A DNA stretch of 64,000 nucleotides. Origin: an uncultured Gemmatimonadales bacterium. Its GTDB lineage: Bacteria; Gemmatimonadota; Gemmatimonadetes; Gemmatimonadales; GWC2-71-9. A model generated the notes under the pieces. The model was not told the DNA's origin. It saw only the letters and a list, made by a program, of their open reading frames with translations, and ran no database searches. Numbering within the stretch: the first letter of the stretch is position 1; every line of letters begins with the position of its first letter. The stretch spans positions 224,001 to 288,000 of the forward strand of contig CAWGED010000004.1 in assembly GCA_963821525.1 (NCBI GenBank), written 5' to 3'. The position numbers were made by a program, and so were the translations under genes. This document shows positions 10,123-18,874 of this stretch, in pieces.

Positions 10123-11500
10123 CTACTGTGCAACCAGTTCCGCGCGAGCGCTTTCGATCCTGTCGCGGAATCCGCGGTCGCGGCTCATCTGCCGCTGAAC
10201 CTTGTCGACGCTGTGGATCACGGTCGAATGATCCCGCCCGCCGAAGGCATGGCCGATCTCGATCAACTGCATCTGCAGGAGATCGCGAGCCAGGTACATC
10301 GCGATCTGCCGCGGGATGACCAGCGTCTTGATCCGGGCCTTGGAGCGCAGCTGCTCCGCCGTGACTCCCCAGCGCCGGGCGACCACGTCCTGGATCCGGT
10401 CGATGGTCGGCAGGGTCTTGGGTGCCGCCAGCGAGTCGTCTCCCGGCCGGATCTTGTCGGCCAGCGCCTCCCGGGCCAGCTCGATCGAGACTTCGCGATG
10501 CTTGAGCGAGGCGTACAGCAGCAGCTTGATGATGCAGCCTTCGAGCTCCCGGACGTTGGAGCGGACATGCTCGGCGATGAAGCGGAGCACGTCGTCCGGA
10601 ATGGTCATCTCGAGGTGGTCCTGCTCCTGCTTCTTGCGCAGAATGGCGATGCGGTGCTCGAGGTCGGGCTGGCCGATGTCGGCCACCATGCCCCACTCGA
10701 ACCGGCTGACCAACCGGGCCTCGAGGCCCGGGATCTCCTTGGGTGGCCGGTCCGAGGTCAGGGCGATCTGCTTTCCACCTTCATAGAGGGCGTTGAAGGT
10801 GTGGAAGAACTCCTCCTGGGTCGCCTCTTTGCTCTCCAGGAAATGGACGTCATCCACCAGGAACAGATCGACGTCGCTCCGGTAGCGCTTCCGGAACTCC
10901 GGCATGGTCCGCCGGGTGATCCCCTCGATGACTTCGTTGATGAACTGCTCGGCGCTCACGTAAAGCACCCGGGTGTCGGGCCGGGTGCGGACCATCGAAT
11001 GGGCGATGGCCTGCATCAGGTGGGTCTTGCCCAACCCGGTGGCGCCGTAGATGAAAAGCGGGTTGTAGGTCTTGCCTGGTGCTTCGACCACCGCATGGGC
11101 GGCCGCGGCGGCAAGCTGATTCGACTTGCCGATGACGAAGCTGTCGAAGGTGTAGCGATCGTTGAGCGGCTGCGCGCTGGGATTCGTCGGCGACGGCGGC
11201 CTGAGCCGGTGCCGTCACGAAGAAATCCATCTGGGGGCGCTTCTGCCGGTCTTCCTGAACCCGGAAGACAATGGCGGTAGGCCGTCCCACCAATGGCTCC
11301 GCCAGCCGAGAGAGGAGACCGGCGTGATTGGTCTCGTTCCACTTGGCTGCGAACTCATCAGGGGCCGCCACGACCAAGCGCCCGTCTTCGAGGGCTACTG
11401 CTTCAGTAGGCTCGAGCCAGGCACGGACCACCTTGTCCGGAAGCTGATGGTAGGCCTCATCGAGGACCCGCTTCCAGACCTCTTTGGCTGACAGCTGCAT
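10123..11500 (-). CDS. dnaA: Chromosomal replication initiator DnaA (frameshift near 11185)
   Basis: Domain I (MQLSAKEVW..WLEP) in ORF 10850-11551; YTFDSFV, YNPLFIYGATGLGKTHL, DDVHFL, QEEFFHTFN, RELEG, RQIAMYL, GGRDHSTV in the other frame. Confidence 0.96.
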
Positions 11501-11535
11501 GCTGCTCGGCGGTGGGATGTTTGCAAGGGCGCACG

Positions 11536-11564
11536 ATAGTACGGGCCCCATGTGGAAAAGTCAA
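11536..11564 (-). promoter_or_regulatory. sigma70 promoter of dnaA with a DnaA box in the spacer
   Basis: Minus strand TTGACT-N17-TACTAT; TGTGGAAAA at 11551-11559. Confidence 0.75.
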
Positions 11565-11566
11565 CC

Positions 11567-11596
11567 TTGACCCAAAAGGTCTTGCCTGAGTAGGTT
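11567..11596 (+). promoter_or_regulatory. Candidate sigma70 promoter of the rpmH operon
   Basis: TTGACC-N18-TAGGTT, back-to-back with the dnaA promoter. Confidence 0.5.
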
Positions 11597-11624
11597 GTGC
11601 GGCTCAATTGAGGGGACTAGATCC

Positions 11625-11786
11625 ATGAATCCGTCGTATCGCCCGCGCAACCGACGCCGGGTCAACAAGCATGGTTTTCGGGCCCGGATGTCCACCCGCT
11701 GGGGCCGGGCGACCCTTTCACGCCGTCGCAAAAAGGGTCGCAAGCGGCTGACCGTGAAGGTCGGATCCAAGCACGGGGCGCACTAA
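11625..11786 (+). CDS. rpmH: 50S ribosomal protein L34
   Basis: [51 protein letters not shown] upstream. Confidence 0.97.
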   Translation: MNPSYRPRNRRRVNKHGFRARMSTRWGRATLSRRRKKGRKRLTVKVGSKHGAH

Positions 11787-11800
11787 CGACCCGCGAGCGC

Positions 11801-12136
11801 TTGCCGCGGTCTCACCGGCTGGCGCGCGCCGCTGATCTGAGGCGCTGCCTCGAGCAGGGCCGGCGCCGGCGGACGCGGCACCTCGAGTTCATCTGGTGTG
11901 ACAACACAACGGGCCACCCGCGGATGGGACTCATCGTCCCCAGGTATCATTCCTCCGCCGTGGCCCGCAATCGTTTGCGCCGCCGGCTCCGCGAAGTGTG
12001 GCGGCGAGAGGTGCAGTCGGCCCAGGGTGCACTGGACTTGGTAGTCAGGACGCGCAGGGAGGCCTACGGCGCGAGCTTCGTTGAGCTTCGCGATCAATTT
12101 CGCGGCTGGGCCGGCCAGACCTTTGGAGCGGCGTGA
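11801..12136 (+). CDS. rnpA: RNase P protein component (start uncertain, possibly 11786)
   Basis: RMGLIV and [13 protein letters not shown] (RNR motif); canonical position after rpmH. Confidence 0.92.
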   Translation: MPRSHRLARAADLRRCLEQGRRRRTRHLEFIWCDNTTGHPRMGLIVPRYHSSAVARNRLRRRLREVWRREVQSAQGALDLVVRTRREAYGASFVELRDQFRGWAGQTFGAA

Positions 12137-12393
12137 TGGTACGCGAGGGGGAGCAATACGCGCTTCACAGTATTACCCAGCTACCGCAGCAGCTGCTGAT
12201 TCTGCTGGTGCGCGGGTATCAGCTTACCATCTCACCCGTGCTGCCTCCCAGTTGCCGATTCAGTCCTTCCTGCTCGCACTACACCCTCGAGGCGCTGCGT
12301 CGCTATGGCGCTCTGAAGGGTTCCTGGCTCGGCGCCAGGCGTCTGCTCCGCTGCCATCCGTTCAATCCGGGTGGCTTCGACCCGGTTCCCTGA
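12133..12393 (+). CDS. yidD: Membrane protein insertion efficiency factor
   Basis: [34 protein letters not shown]. Confidence 0.95.
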   Translation: MMVREGEQYALHSITQLPQQLLILLVRGYQLTISPVLPPSCRFSPSCSHYTLEALRRYGALKGSWLGARRLLRCHPFNPGGFDPVP

Positions 12394-12410
12394 CCTAGAA
12401 ATTCATCCGC

Positions 12411-14048
12411 ATGGACCGTCGAGTCCTCTGGGCGATCCTTCTCATGATGGCGATCGCCATCGCGCCGACCTTCTTCCTGAAGAAGCCGGTGCCGCGCCCG
12501 CCCGCATCAGAGCCAGCCCCACCAGCCACGATGGCACCGGCTCCGGACCAGACCCCGCTGCCGCGGGTTGCTTCCGATAGCTCCAGTGTGGGCGATACGG
12601 TCGAAGTCATCTCGCAGCTCTATCGATACGAGTTCGCGACCCGGGGCGCCCACATGCTCCAAGCGACCATCCTGGGCTATCCCTCGCTGACGCCTGCCGA
12701 GCACCGGGCCCCGGCCCGCCTGATCCCGGCCACGGATACGTGGTACACCTACTCGCTGGTCGTGGGCAACGACACGCTCTCGCTCGACGACTGGTCCTTT
12801 ACCCCTTCGACCGAGACGCTGCGGGTCAATGAGCCCGGGAAGCTCACCTTCACCGCGACGCGGGGTAATGTGCAGGTCGAGATTACATACGGCTTCCGTC
12901 CCGATGATTATCGGGTGCACGTGAGCGGTCACGTGTCGGGCATCGGCCCGAATGGCGCCACGCTGGTGGTGGGACTGGGCAACGGACTGGCCCATACCGA
13001 GGCGGATTCGGCCGCGAATCAGTACGAGTTCGGCATTGTCACCAAGACGGACGAATCGCAGCTCAAGCGCTTCGCCTCGCTCAAGCCGGGAGAGACGACG
13101 GTTCTGAGCGGTCCGTTCGAGTGGGTGGCGGTGAAGTCCAAGTATTTCGTGGCGGCGGTCCTGGCGATCGATTCAGCTTCCTCGGCGGTCAGCGGAGTTA
13201 CCGCTGTACCGCAGTCCGGTCCGGCCAAGCCGACCCGGGCGTCGGTGCGACTGGGGCTGCCGATCCCGGCCGCGGGAGATTTCGCGTTCAGCGCCTACGT
13301 CGGCCCCATGGAGTACGCCCGGCTCCGGGCCATCGGCCACGACTTCTACGACACCAATCCCTACGGGTGGCCGGGATTCCGGACCATCATCCGGCCGGTC
13401 GCGGTCGTCGCCCGCTGGCTCCTGGTCTGGATGCACCAGCACCTGCACCTGGCGTACGGCATGGTGCTGGTGCTCTTCGGCATCATGATCCGGGTCGTGC
13501 TGTGGCCGCTCAACCAGAAGGGCATGCGCGCCAGCATCAAGATGCAGGCGCTCCAGCCCGAGATGAAGGTGCTGCAGGATCAGCACAAGGACGACCCGCA
13601 GGCGATGCAGGCGGAGGTCTTCAAGCTCTACAAGAAACACAACGTGAATCCGTTCAGCGGATGCTGGCCCATGCTGCTGCCCTGGCCGATCCTGCTGGCG
13701 CTCTTCTTCGTGTTCCAGAACACGATCGAGCTGCGGGGCCAGCCGTTCCTCTGGCTGCCGGATCTGTCGCTCAAGGATCCGTTGTTTATCCTGCCGGTAC
13801 TGATGGGGTTGTCGCTGTTCGCCGTCAGCAAGGTGGGCATGATCGGGGTGCCGCCCAATCCCCAGATGAAGACCATGCTCTACGTCATGCCGGTCATGAT
13901 GACTGTGCTGTTTTTCAACTTCGCCTCGGGACTGAACCTCTACTACTTCATTCAGAACCTCGTCAGCGTTCCCCAGCAGTGGATGCTGGCGAAAGAGCGG
14001 TTGAAGAATCAGCCGCCGCCGGCGCCGCCTCCCGCGAAGAAGAAATAG
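12411..14048 (+). CDS. yidC: Membrane protein insertase
   Basis: N-terminal TM, periplasmic domain, MQALQPEMK, NPFSGCWP, ELRGQPFLWLPDLS..DP, SGLNLYY. Confidence 0.95.
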   Translation: MDRRVLWAILLMMAIAIAPTFFLKKPVPRPPASEPAPPATMAPAPDQTPLPRVASDSSSVGDTVEVISQLYRYEFATRGAHMLQATILGYPSLTPAEHRAPARLIPATDTWYTYSLVVGNDTLSLDDWSFTPSTETLRVNEPGKLTFTATRGNVQVEITYGFRPDDYRVHVSGHVSGIGPNGATLVVGLGNGLAHTEADSAANQYEFGIVTKTDESQLKRFASLKPGETTVLSGPFEWVAVKSKYFVAAVLAIDSASSAVSGVTAVPQSGPAKPTRASVRLGLPIPAAGDFAFSAYVGPMEYARLRAIGHDFYDTNPYGWPGFRTIIRPVAVVARWLLVWMHQHLHLAYGMVLVLFGIMIRVVLWPLNQKGMRASIKMQALQPEMKVLQDQHKDDPQAMQAEVFKLYKKHNVNPFSGCWPMLLPWPILLALFFVFQNTIELRGQPFLWLPDLSLKDPLFILPVLMGLSLFAVSKVGMIGVPPNPQMKTMLYVMPVMMTVLFFNFASGLNLYYFIQNLVSVPQQWMLAKERLKNQPPPAPPPAKKK

Positions 14049-14118
14049 GTGTCAGGTTTCAGGGGTCAGGTGTCAGGGACTACTACCCCTGACCCCTGAC
14101 ACCTAACACCTGACACCT
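14047..14118. repeat. Inverted heptamer-tandem element (AGGTGTC-type x4 / GACACCT-type x4)
   Basis: Fills the whole yidC-mnmE spacer as a long imperfect hairpin with loop ACTACTAC. Confidence 0.9.
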
Positions 14119-14119
14119 T

Positions 14120-15433
14120 ATGCTCTCCGACCCCATCGCCGCTCTCGCTACCGCGCCCGGCCGCTCGGCCATTGCCGTCGTGCGGCTGTCAGGCGAAGGC
14201 GCCTTGGACATCGCGGCCAGGGTGGTGCAGGGATTCCGTCCGTCTCCTCCCCGAGAAGCGCGCCTCGCCACCTTCCGGGATCCAGCCGGAGAAGCGATCG
14301 ATCGCGGGCTGTACATCGTATTCCCCGCGCCTCGCAGCTACACCGGCGACGATCTGGTCGAGTTCTCCTGTCATGGCGGGAGTGCTGTGGTCACGAGACT
14401 GCTTGCGGCGCTATATGCCGCGGGCGCGCGGAACGCATTGCCCGGCGAGTTCACCCGCCGTGCTGTGCTCAACGGGAAGCTGGACCTGCTGCAGGCGGAA
14501 GCCGTCGGAGATCTGGTAGACGCCACGGTTCCAGCTCAGGCGCAGGCGGCGCTTCGCCAACTCGACGGCGGCCTCTCGCGTCGGATTACAGGTCTGCGCG
14601 ATGCGCTGATCGATCTCCAGGCACAGCTCGCCTACGACGTGGACTTCCCGGAAGAGGATGACGGTCCCATCTCGCGAGGCCAGCTTGCTGAACGGCTGGG
14701 GGACGTCACCGCGCGAACCTCACACCTACTCGCCAGCGCGCCCGCCGGCACCCGGGTTCGGGAAGGGGCCGTCGTGGTCCTCGCGGGGCCGCCCAATGCC
14801 GGCAAGTCTTCCTTGTTCAACGCTCTGCTCGGCGTGGATCGCGCACTGGTAACCGAAATTCCCGGCACGACCCGCGACGCGATCGAGGCGCCGGCCGATT
14901 TTCACGGCTGGCCGGTCCGGCTGATCGATACGGCGGGACTCGCGGAGAGCAAGGACCGGCTGGAGACTCTGGGAATGGCGATGAGCCGGCGTTACCTCGG
15001 CGAAGCCGACCTCATTCTGTCCTGTGAGGATGGGCGGTCGGCCAATTCCGACCCGATCACCGGCGACAACGTCCTCCTCGTTTCCACCAAGAGCGATCTT
15101 CGGGAATCCTCCGGCGCCGGTGTTGCGGTCTCCGCCGTAACCGGCGCCGGCCTCGGCACGCTCCGGCTCCGCGTCGCGCAGCGAATCTTCGGCGATCAGG
15201 TCTCGCTCATGGATCTGGAACCCGCACTCACCCGCGCCCGACATCGCGAAGCCCTCTCGAAAGCGCGTGACGCATTGGTCGCAGCCGCGCCGCATCTGTC
15301 TCTAACCGGCGATCCTGTCCTGGCCGCGCACCATGTGCGCGAAGCGACTCAAGCCCTCGACGAATTGATCGGGACGGTCGATCTGGAGCAGGTGCTGGAC
15401 CGGCTGTTTGCGGGGTTCTGCGTGGGGAAATGA
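14120..15433 (+). CDS. mnmE: tRNA modification GTPase MnmE
   Basis: DPIAALAT, PRSYTGDD, GEFTRRA, GPPNAGKSSL, GTTRD, DTAG, C-terminal FCVGK. Confidence 0.96.
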   Translation: MLSDPIAALATAPGRSAIAVVRLSGEGALDIAARVVQGFRPSPPREARLATFRDPAGEAIDRGLYIVFPAPRSYTGDDLVEFSCHGGSAVVTRLLAALYAAGARNALPGEFTRRAVLNGKLDLLQAEAVGDLVDATVPAQAQAALRQLDGGLSRRITGLRDALIDLQAQLAYDVDFPEEDDGPISRGQLAERLGDVTARTSHLLASAPAGTRVREGAVVVLAGPPNAGKSSLFNALLGVDRALVTEIPGTTRDAIEAPADFHGWPVRLIDTAGLAESKDRLETLGMAMSRRYLGEADLILSCEDGRSANSDPITGDNVLLVSTKSDLRESSGAGVAVSAVTGAGLGTLRLRVAQRIFGDQVSLMDLEPALTRARHREALSKARDALVAAAPHLSLTGDPVLAAHHVREATQALDELIGTVDLEQVLDRLFAGFCVGK

Positions 15434-15437
15434 AACT

Positions 15438-15542
15438 GCGTGAGACGTAAGAAGTGAGACGTGAGAGGGGAGTGGTGTTCCCGCACTTGCTGTTCACACC
15501 CACCGATCTACCTTCTCACCTCTTACTTCTTACTTCTCACGC
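15438..15542. repeat. Inverted heptamer-tandem element (GTGAGAC/GTAAGAA x4 ... TTCTCAC/TTCTTAC x4)
   Basis: Arms at 15440-15467 and 15513-15540. Confidence 0.85.
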
Positions 15543-15553
15543 TCTTGGCGCGC

Positions 15554-16342
15554 ATGCACCTCTCCGCCATCCACGTCTATCCCATCAAGTCGTGCCGAGG
15601 ATTGAGTCTCGAGTCCTGGCCGGTTGACCGGTTCGGCTTCCAGTTTGATCGGCGCTGGATGTTGATCGATGAGCGGGGCGTGTTTCTGAGCCAGCGGACG
15701 CATCGCCGCCTTGCCTTGGTCAGGATCACGATGGGTGACGAACATTTCACCGTCGAGACCGAAGGGAAGCCCGCGATTCAGGTCAGCCTTTACCCGCCGG
15801 AGCTGCGTCCGGCTCGGGTAGTGGTGTGGCGAGACGTGATGGACGCCTGTTGCCCCGAGCCGGAGGCGGATCGCTGGTTCAGCGAGTTTCTGGGTGAGGA
15901 AGTGAGGCTGGCGCATATGCCGGACCGGGTAAAGCGCCCGTTGAATCCGTTCTATGCACGCAATGGCGGCCAGGCGAGCTTCGCCGACGCGTTTCCCTTC
16001 CTGCTCATCGGCCAGTCGTCTCTGGATGACCTGAATCGCCGGATGGCGACACCCTTGCCGATGAATCGATTCCGCCCCAACCTCGTGGTGAGCGGGGCAG
16101 AGCCCTTCGCCGAAGACGGCTGGCAACACATCCGGATCGGATCGCTCGAGCTGGAAGTAGTAAAGCCTTGCGAACGCTGTGTCGTTACGACGACCGATCA
16201 GGAGACGGCGATGATCGGCAAGGAACCGCTCCGGACGCTGGCTACTTTCCGTCGAGTGGGAAACCAGGTCATGTTCGGCATGAACGCAGTCCACTCCGGT
16301 GTCGGCCGACTCGCGATCGGCGATCCGGTGCTCCTGGCCTGA
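15554..16342 (+). CDS. MOSC-domain protein (YcbX/mARC-like)
   Basis: YPIKSC, DRRWM, FADAFPFLL, RFRPNLVV, FAEDGW, KPCERC; the upstream ORF extension is repeat-derived. Confidence 0.92.
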   Translation: MHLSAIHVYPIKSCRGLSLESWPVDRFGFQFDRRWMLIDERGVFLSQRTHRRLALVRITMGDEHFTVETEGKPAIQVSLYPPELRPARVVVWRDVMDACCPEPEADRWFSEFLGEEVRLAHMPDRVKRPLNPFYARNGGQASFADAFPFLLIGQSSLDDLNRRMATPLPMNRFRPNLVVSGAEPFAEDGWQHIRIGSLELEVVKPCERCVVTTTDQETAMIGKEPLRTLATFRRVGNQVMFGMNAVHSGVGRLAIGDPVLLA

Positions 16343-16343
16343 G

Positions 16344-17171
16344 ATGGGCGTCGCTCTTCTTGGTGTGCCGTACGATGCCGCTTCGTCCTACCAGCGCGGC
16401 GCGGCCAAGGCTCCTCCCGCGATCCGTGCGGCGCTGCGCCACGAATCCAGCAACAGTTGGAGCGAATCGCTGGTGGACACCGCCGCGCCCGGTTTCATCA
16501 CCGTTCGAACGATCTGGTTCTGGATCGCTCGCCGGACCCGTTCGGCGCGATCCAGACCGCGGTGGGTCACCTCCTTGAACCTGGGCCACGCCCCGATCGT
16601 GCTCGGAGGCGACCATTCCATCACTCTCCCGGTTCTTCGGGCCTTCCGCCGCCACCACCGCCCGCTCACAATCCTCCACGTGGACGCCCATCCGGATCTG
16701 TACGACGAGTTCGAGGGCGACAAGTACTCCCACGCCTGCCCATTCGCACGCGTCATGGAAGAAGGTCTCGCCGACCGCCTGGTCCAGGTGGGGATTCGGA
16801 CGATGAACCGCCATCAGCGGGAGCAGGCCGACCGGTTCGGAACTGAAATAATTGAGATGAAGGACTGGAAGGACGGCTGGCAGCTCAAGTCCGAAGGGGC
16901 GGTCTACATCTCCTTCGATATGGACGGGCTGGATCCCGCCTCGGCGCCTGGTGTTTCGCATCCGGAACCGGGCGGTTTCACCACCCGACAGGCCCTGAGC
17001 CTGATCCAGTCGGTTGAGGGGCTGATCGGTGCGGACATCGTGGAATACAACCCGGACAACGACCTGCGGGATCTTACGGCTCGGGTGGCGGCGAAGCTGG
17101 TGAAGGAACTCGCTTGTGCGATCCATCGCAAAAAGGGCGATTCCCCGAATGGCCGCAGCCACACAACTTGA
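16344..17171 (+). CDS. Agmatinase/ureohydrolase-family protein
   Basis: GGDHSIT, DAHPDLYD, SHACPF, VQVGIR, SFDMDGLDP, PGVSHPEPGG, DIVEYNP; an internal ~25-codon stretch appears out of frame. Confidence 0.88.
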   Translation: MGVALLGVPYDAASSYQRGAAKAPPAIRAALRHESSNSWSESLVDTAAPGFITVRTIWFWIARRTRSARSRPRWVTSLNLGHAPIVLGGDHSITLPVLRAFRRHHRPLTILHVDAHPDLYDEFEGDKYSHACPFARVMEEGLADRLVQVGIRTMNRHQREQADRFGTEIIEMKDWKDGWQLKSEGAVYISFDMDGLDPASAPGVSHPEPGGFTTRQALSLIQSVEGLIGADIVEYNPDNDLRDLTARVAAKLVKELACAIHRKKGDSPNGRSHTT

Positions 17172-17301
17172 CGACCGAGGGATCCTTTCTGGGAGGCAGC
17201 GGGAGTTCATTCCCGTCCGCATCCTGGATGATTACCGGTCCTGGAATGACGATACTGCCGAGCGGTTTGCAGGTGATACGAAGCGGACCTGATCCTTCCA
17301 C
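17074..17301 (-). CDS. CDGSH iron-sulfur domain small protein
   Basis: LCGCGHSGNRPFCDGSH motif; GTG start adjacent to the upstream gene's stop. Confidence 0.88.
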   Translation of the reverse strand: MEGSGPLRITCKPLGSIVIPGPVIIQDADGNELPLPPRKDPSVVKLCGCGHSGNRPFCDGSHKRVPSPASPPPEP

Positions 17302-17654
17302 TACTTGCCTCCCAGACGCAGTCGGCCGATCCGCTCGTTGAGCTGCTGGAGCACGATCTGAAGCTCCGAGTGTTCGGGATGGAGCGTCTTCATCTGGCCA
17401 TTGTCGATCTCTCCGATGAGCCCCTTGGTGATTTCGATGGCCCGGCGCAGCCGGAACCGTTCGACATTCACGTGGTAATTGCTGGTCCGCGAAGCGGAGA
17501 GGATAGCCCATACATTGTTGCGCAGGCTGTCCACCGCCGCCTTGAGGTCCTCCAGTCCTTCCGGGGCGTCACCGACCTTGTTGAGCTGGCCGTCTATCGT
17601 GCTGAGGCGATGTCGAAGGTCGACGATCTGCTGATTGAGTTGCTGGTCCGCCAT
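17301..17654 (-). CDS. Hypothetical helical/coiled-coil protein (117 aa)
   Basis: ATG with GGAG upstream; amphipathic helical composition. Confidence 0.7.
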   Translation of the reverse strand: MADQQLNQQIVDLRHRLSTIDGQLNKVGDAPEGLEDLKAAVDSLRNNVWAILSASRTSNYHVNVERFRLRRAIEITKGLIGEIDNGQMKTLHPEHSELQIVLQQLNERIGRLRLGGK

Positions 17655-17808
17655 TGTGTACTCGGGCTCCAGAGAAAGTGACCGGTTCCGGCCTCAAAGC
17701 TAAGCCCATTTGGGTGGGTGGGGGAGGAGACCGGCTCCGCTCGCGGTGAGCGGTTGGGACGGCTTGAAGGGTCCGGCGGGGAACTGCTTGGCGGGTAATG
17801 AGTCTGTG

Positions 17809-18754
17809 TCAGGCGGTCTGGATGCCGCGCGAGGCGTCCTCCGCGGCCTGAAAATCCTGGGCCGGCGCGCGCAGCGCGGCAGCAATTCCGCGCTCCTGCC
17901 ACCAGAGCTTCCGTCATCCGGTAGCCGAGGTAGTAGCCTGACCGTTCTGGGAGCACGCGGCCACCGACAAGTCGGGCGGACGGGCTCATGCCGCCGGAGA
18001 GATAGCGCAGCCGAAGGCCGATCCCGGTACCATCGAGTTCCAGATCTACCACTCGCCGCAGGAAGGCCTCAAGCTCACGAAGCCTGCGGTATTGGCGTCG
18101 GGGATAACCGAAATAGTTGGCCGGATCGAATCCGGGGGCCACGGCTTCGGAGGCGTGTACCGCGAGACCCTCGTTTACCAGGAGTTCCCTCAGGGTGGCC
18201 CGGCTTCCCGTCGCCCAGTAGTCGTAATACCCGCCCTGCTCGGCGATCAGCCGCTTGAGCTCGCTCTCGCTGGTCGGCGAGGTGTAGCGAACCGTGTGAG
18301 CCATTTCATGCGCCACCCAAAGTGGCAGCAACTCCGGCGGCAGTCCCATCCCGTAGGTCTCGGGATTGGCCCGTCCGGTGAAATGCTCCAGGCAAATGAA
18401 GACCGCCCCGCGCCCACCGACCACCAGTTCCCCCGCGTTGGCGGCACCCATGCCCACCATCAGGTACACGTCGGTGGGACGGTCCACCTGGAGCAGGTCC
18501 TCGGACTGGGCGATCGCGTCTTCCACGATGCCTTCGACGTCGGTTGACGCTAGAAGCTCGTGCAGATCGCTTCGGTCGGCGTGGAGCGCGTGGGTGACGA
18601 TTGCCAAGGCTTGGGGGCTGTCGAGATCCAGGACGTAGTTATGCCAGTACGCGCTCAGGACGGAGCGATGAGCGTTGAGGTAGTCCTGGAAGGCCGCTTC
18701 GCGGTCGGCGGTTTGGAGTACTGCGAGGAATTCTGGTATGAGATTGATCAGCAC
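17809..18754 (-). CDS. Putative Zn-dependent protease-like protein (DUF2268-like; frameshift near 17890)
   Basis: HEMAH HExxH motif, NEGLA, GYYLGY; C-terminus continues in another frame (GIAAALRAPAQDF...IQTA*). Confidence 0.65.
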
Positions 18755-18874
18755 GGATCAGGAATATCGGAAGTTCGTGCGGAGATGCAAGGGCCCGAAG
18801 AGCGTCTTGACGAGACGCTTGACGTTATCTGATCGACTCATGGAGTACTGATTGCTTCGACCGCCGAAAAATTC

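Noticed and set aside
10045..11280. Long antisense ORFs (e.g. 10045-11280, 32285-33544, 47306-48364, 1107-2306)
   Set aside because: Shadow ORFs typical of high-GC coding strands, with no recognisable motifs
10123..11500. dnaA and other split genes as true pseudogenes or programmed frameshifts
   Set aside because: An essential gene is affected, no shared slippery motif was seen, and there is no other decay; assembly indels are more parsimonious
17655..17808. Riboswitch or sRNA in this GC-rich spacer (also 40880-40965 and 56414-56614)
   Set aside because: No recognisable riboswitch consensus; a covariance-model search is needed
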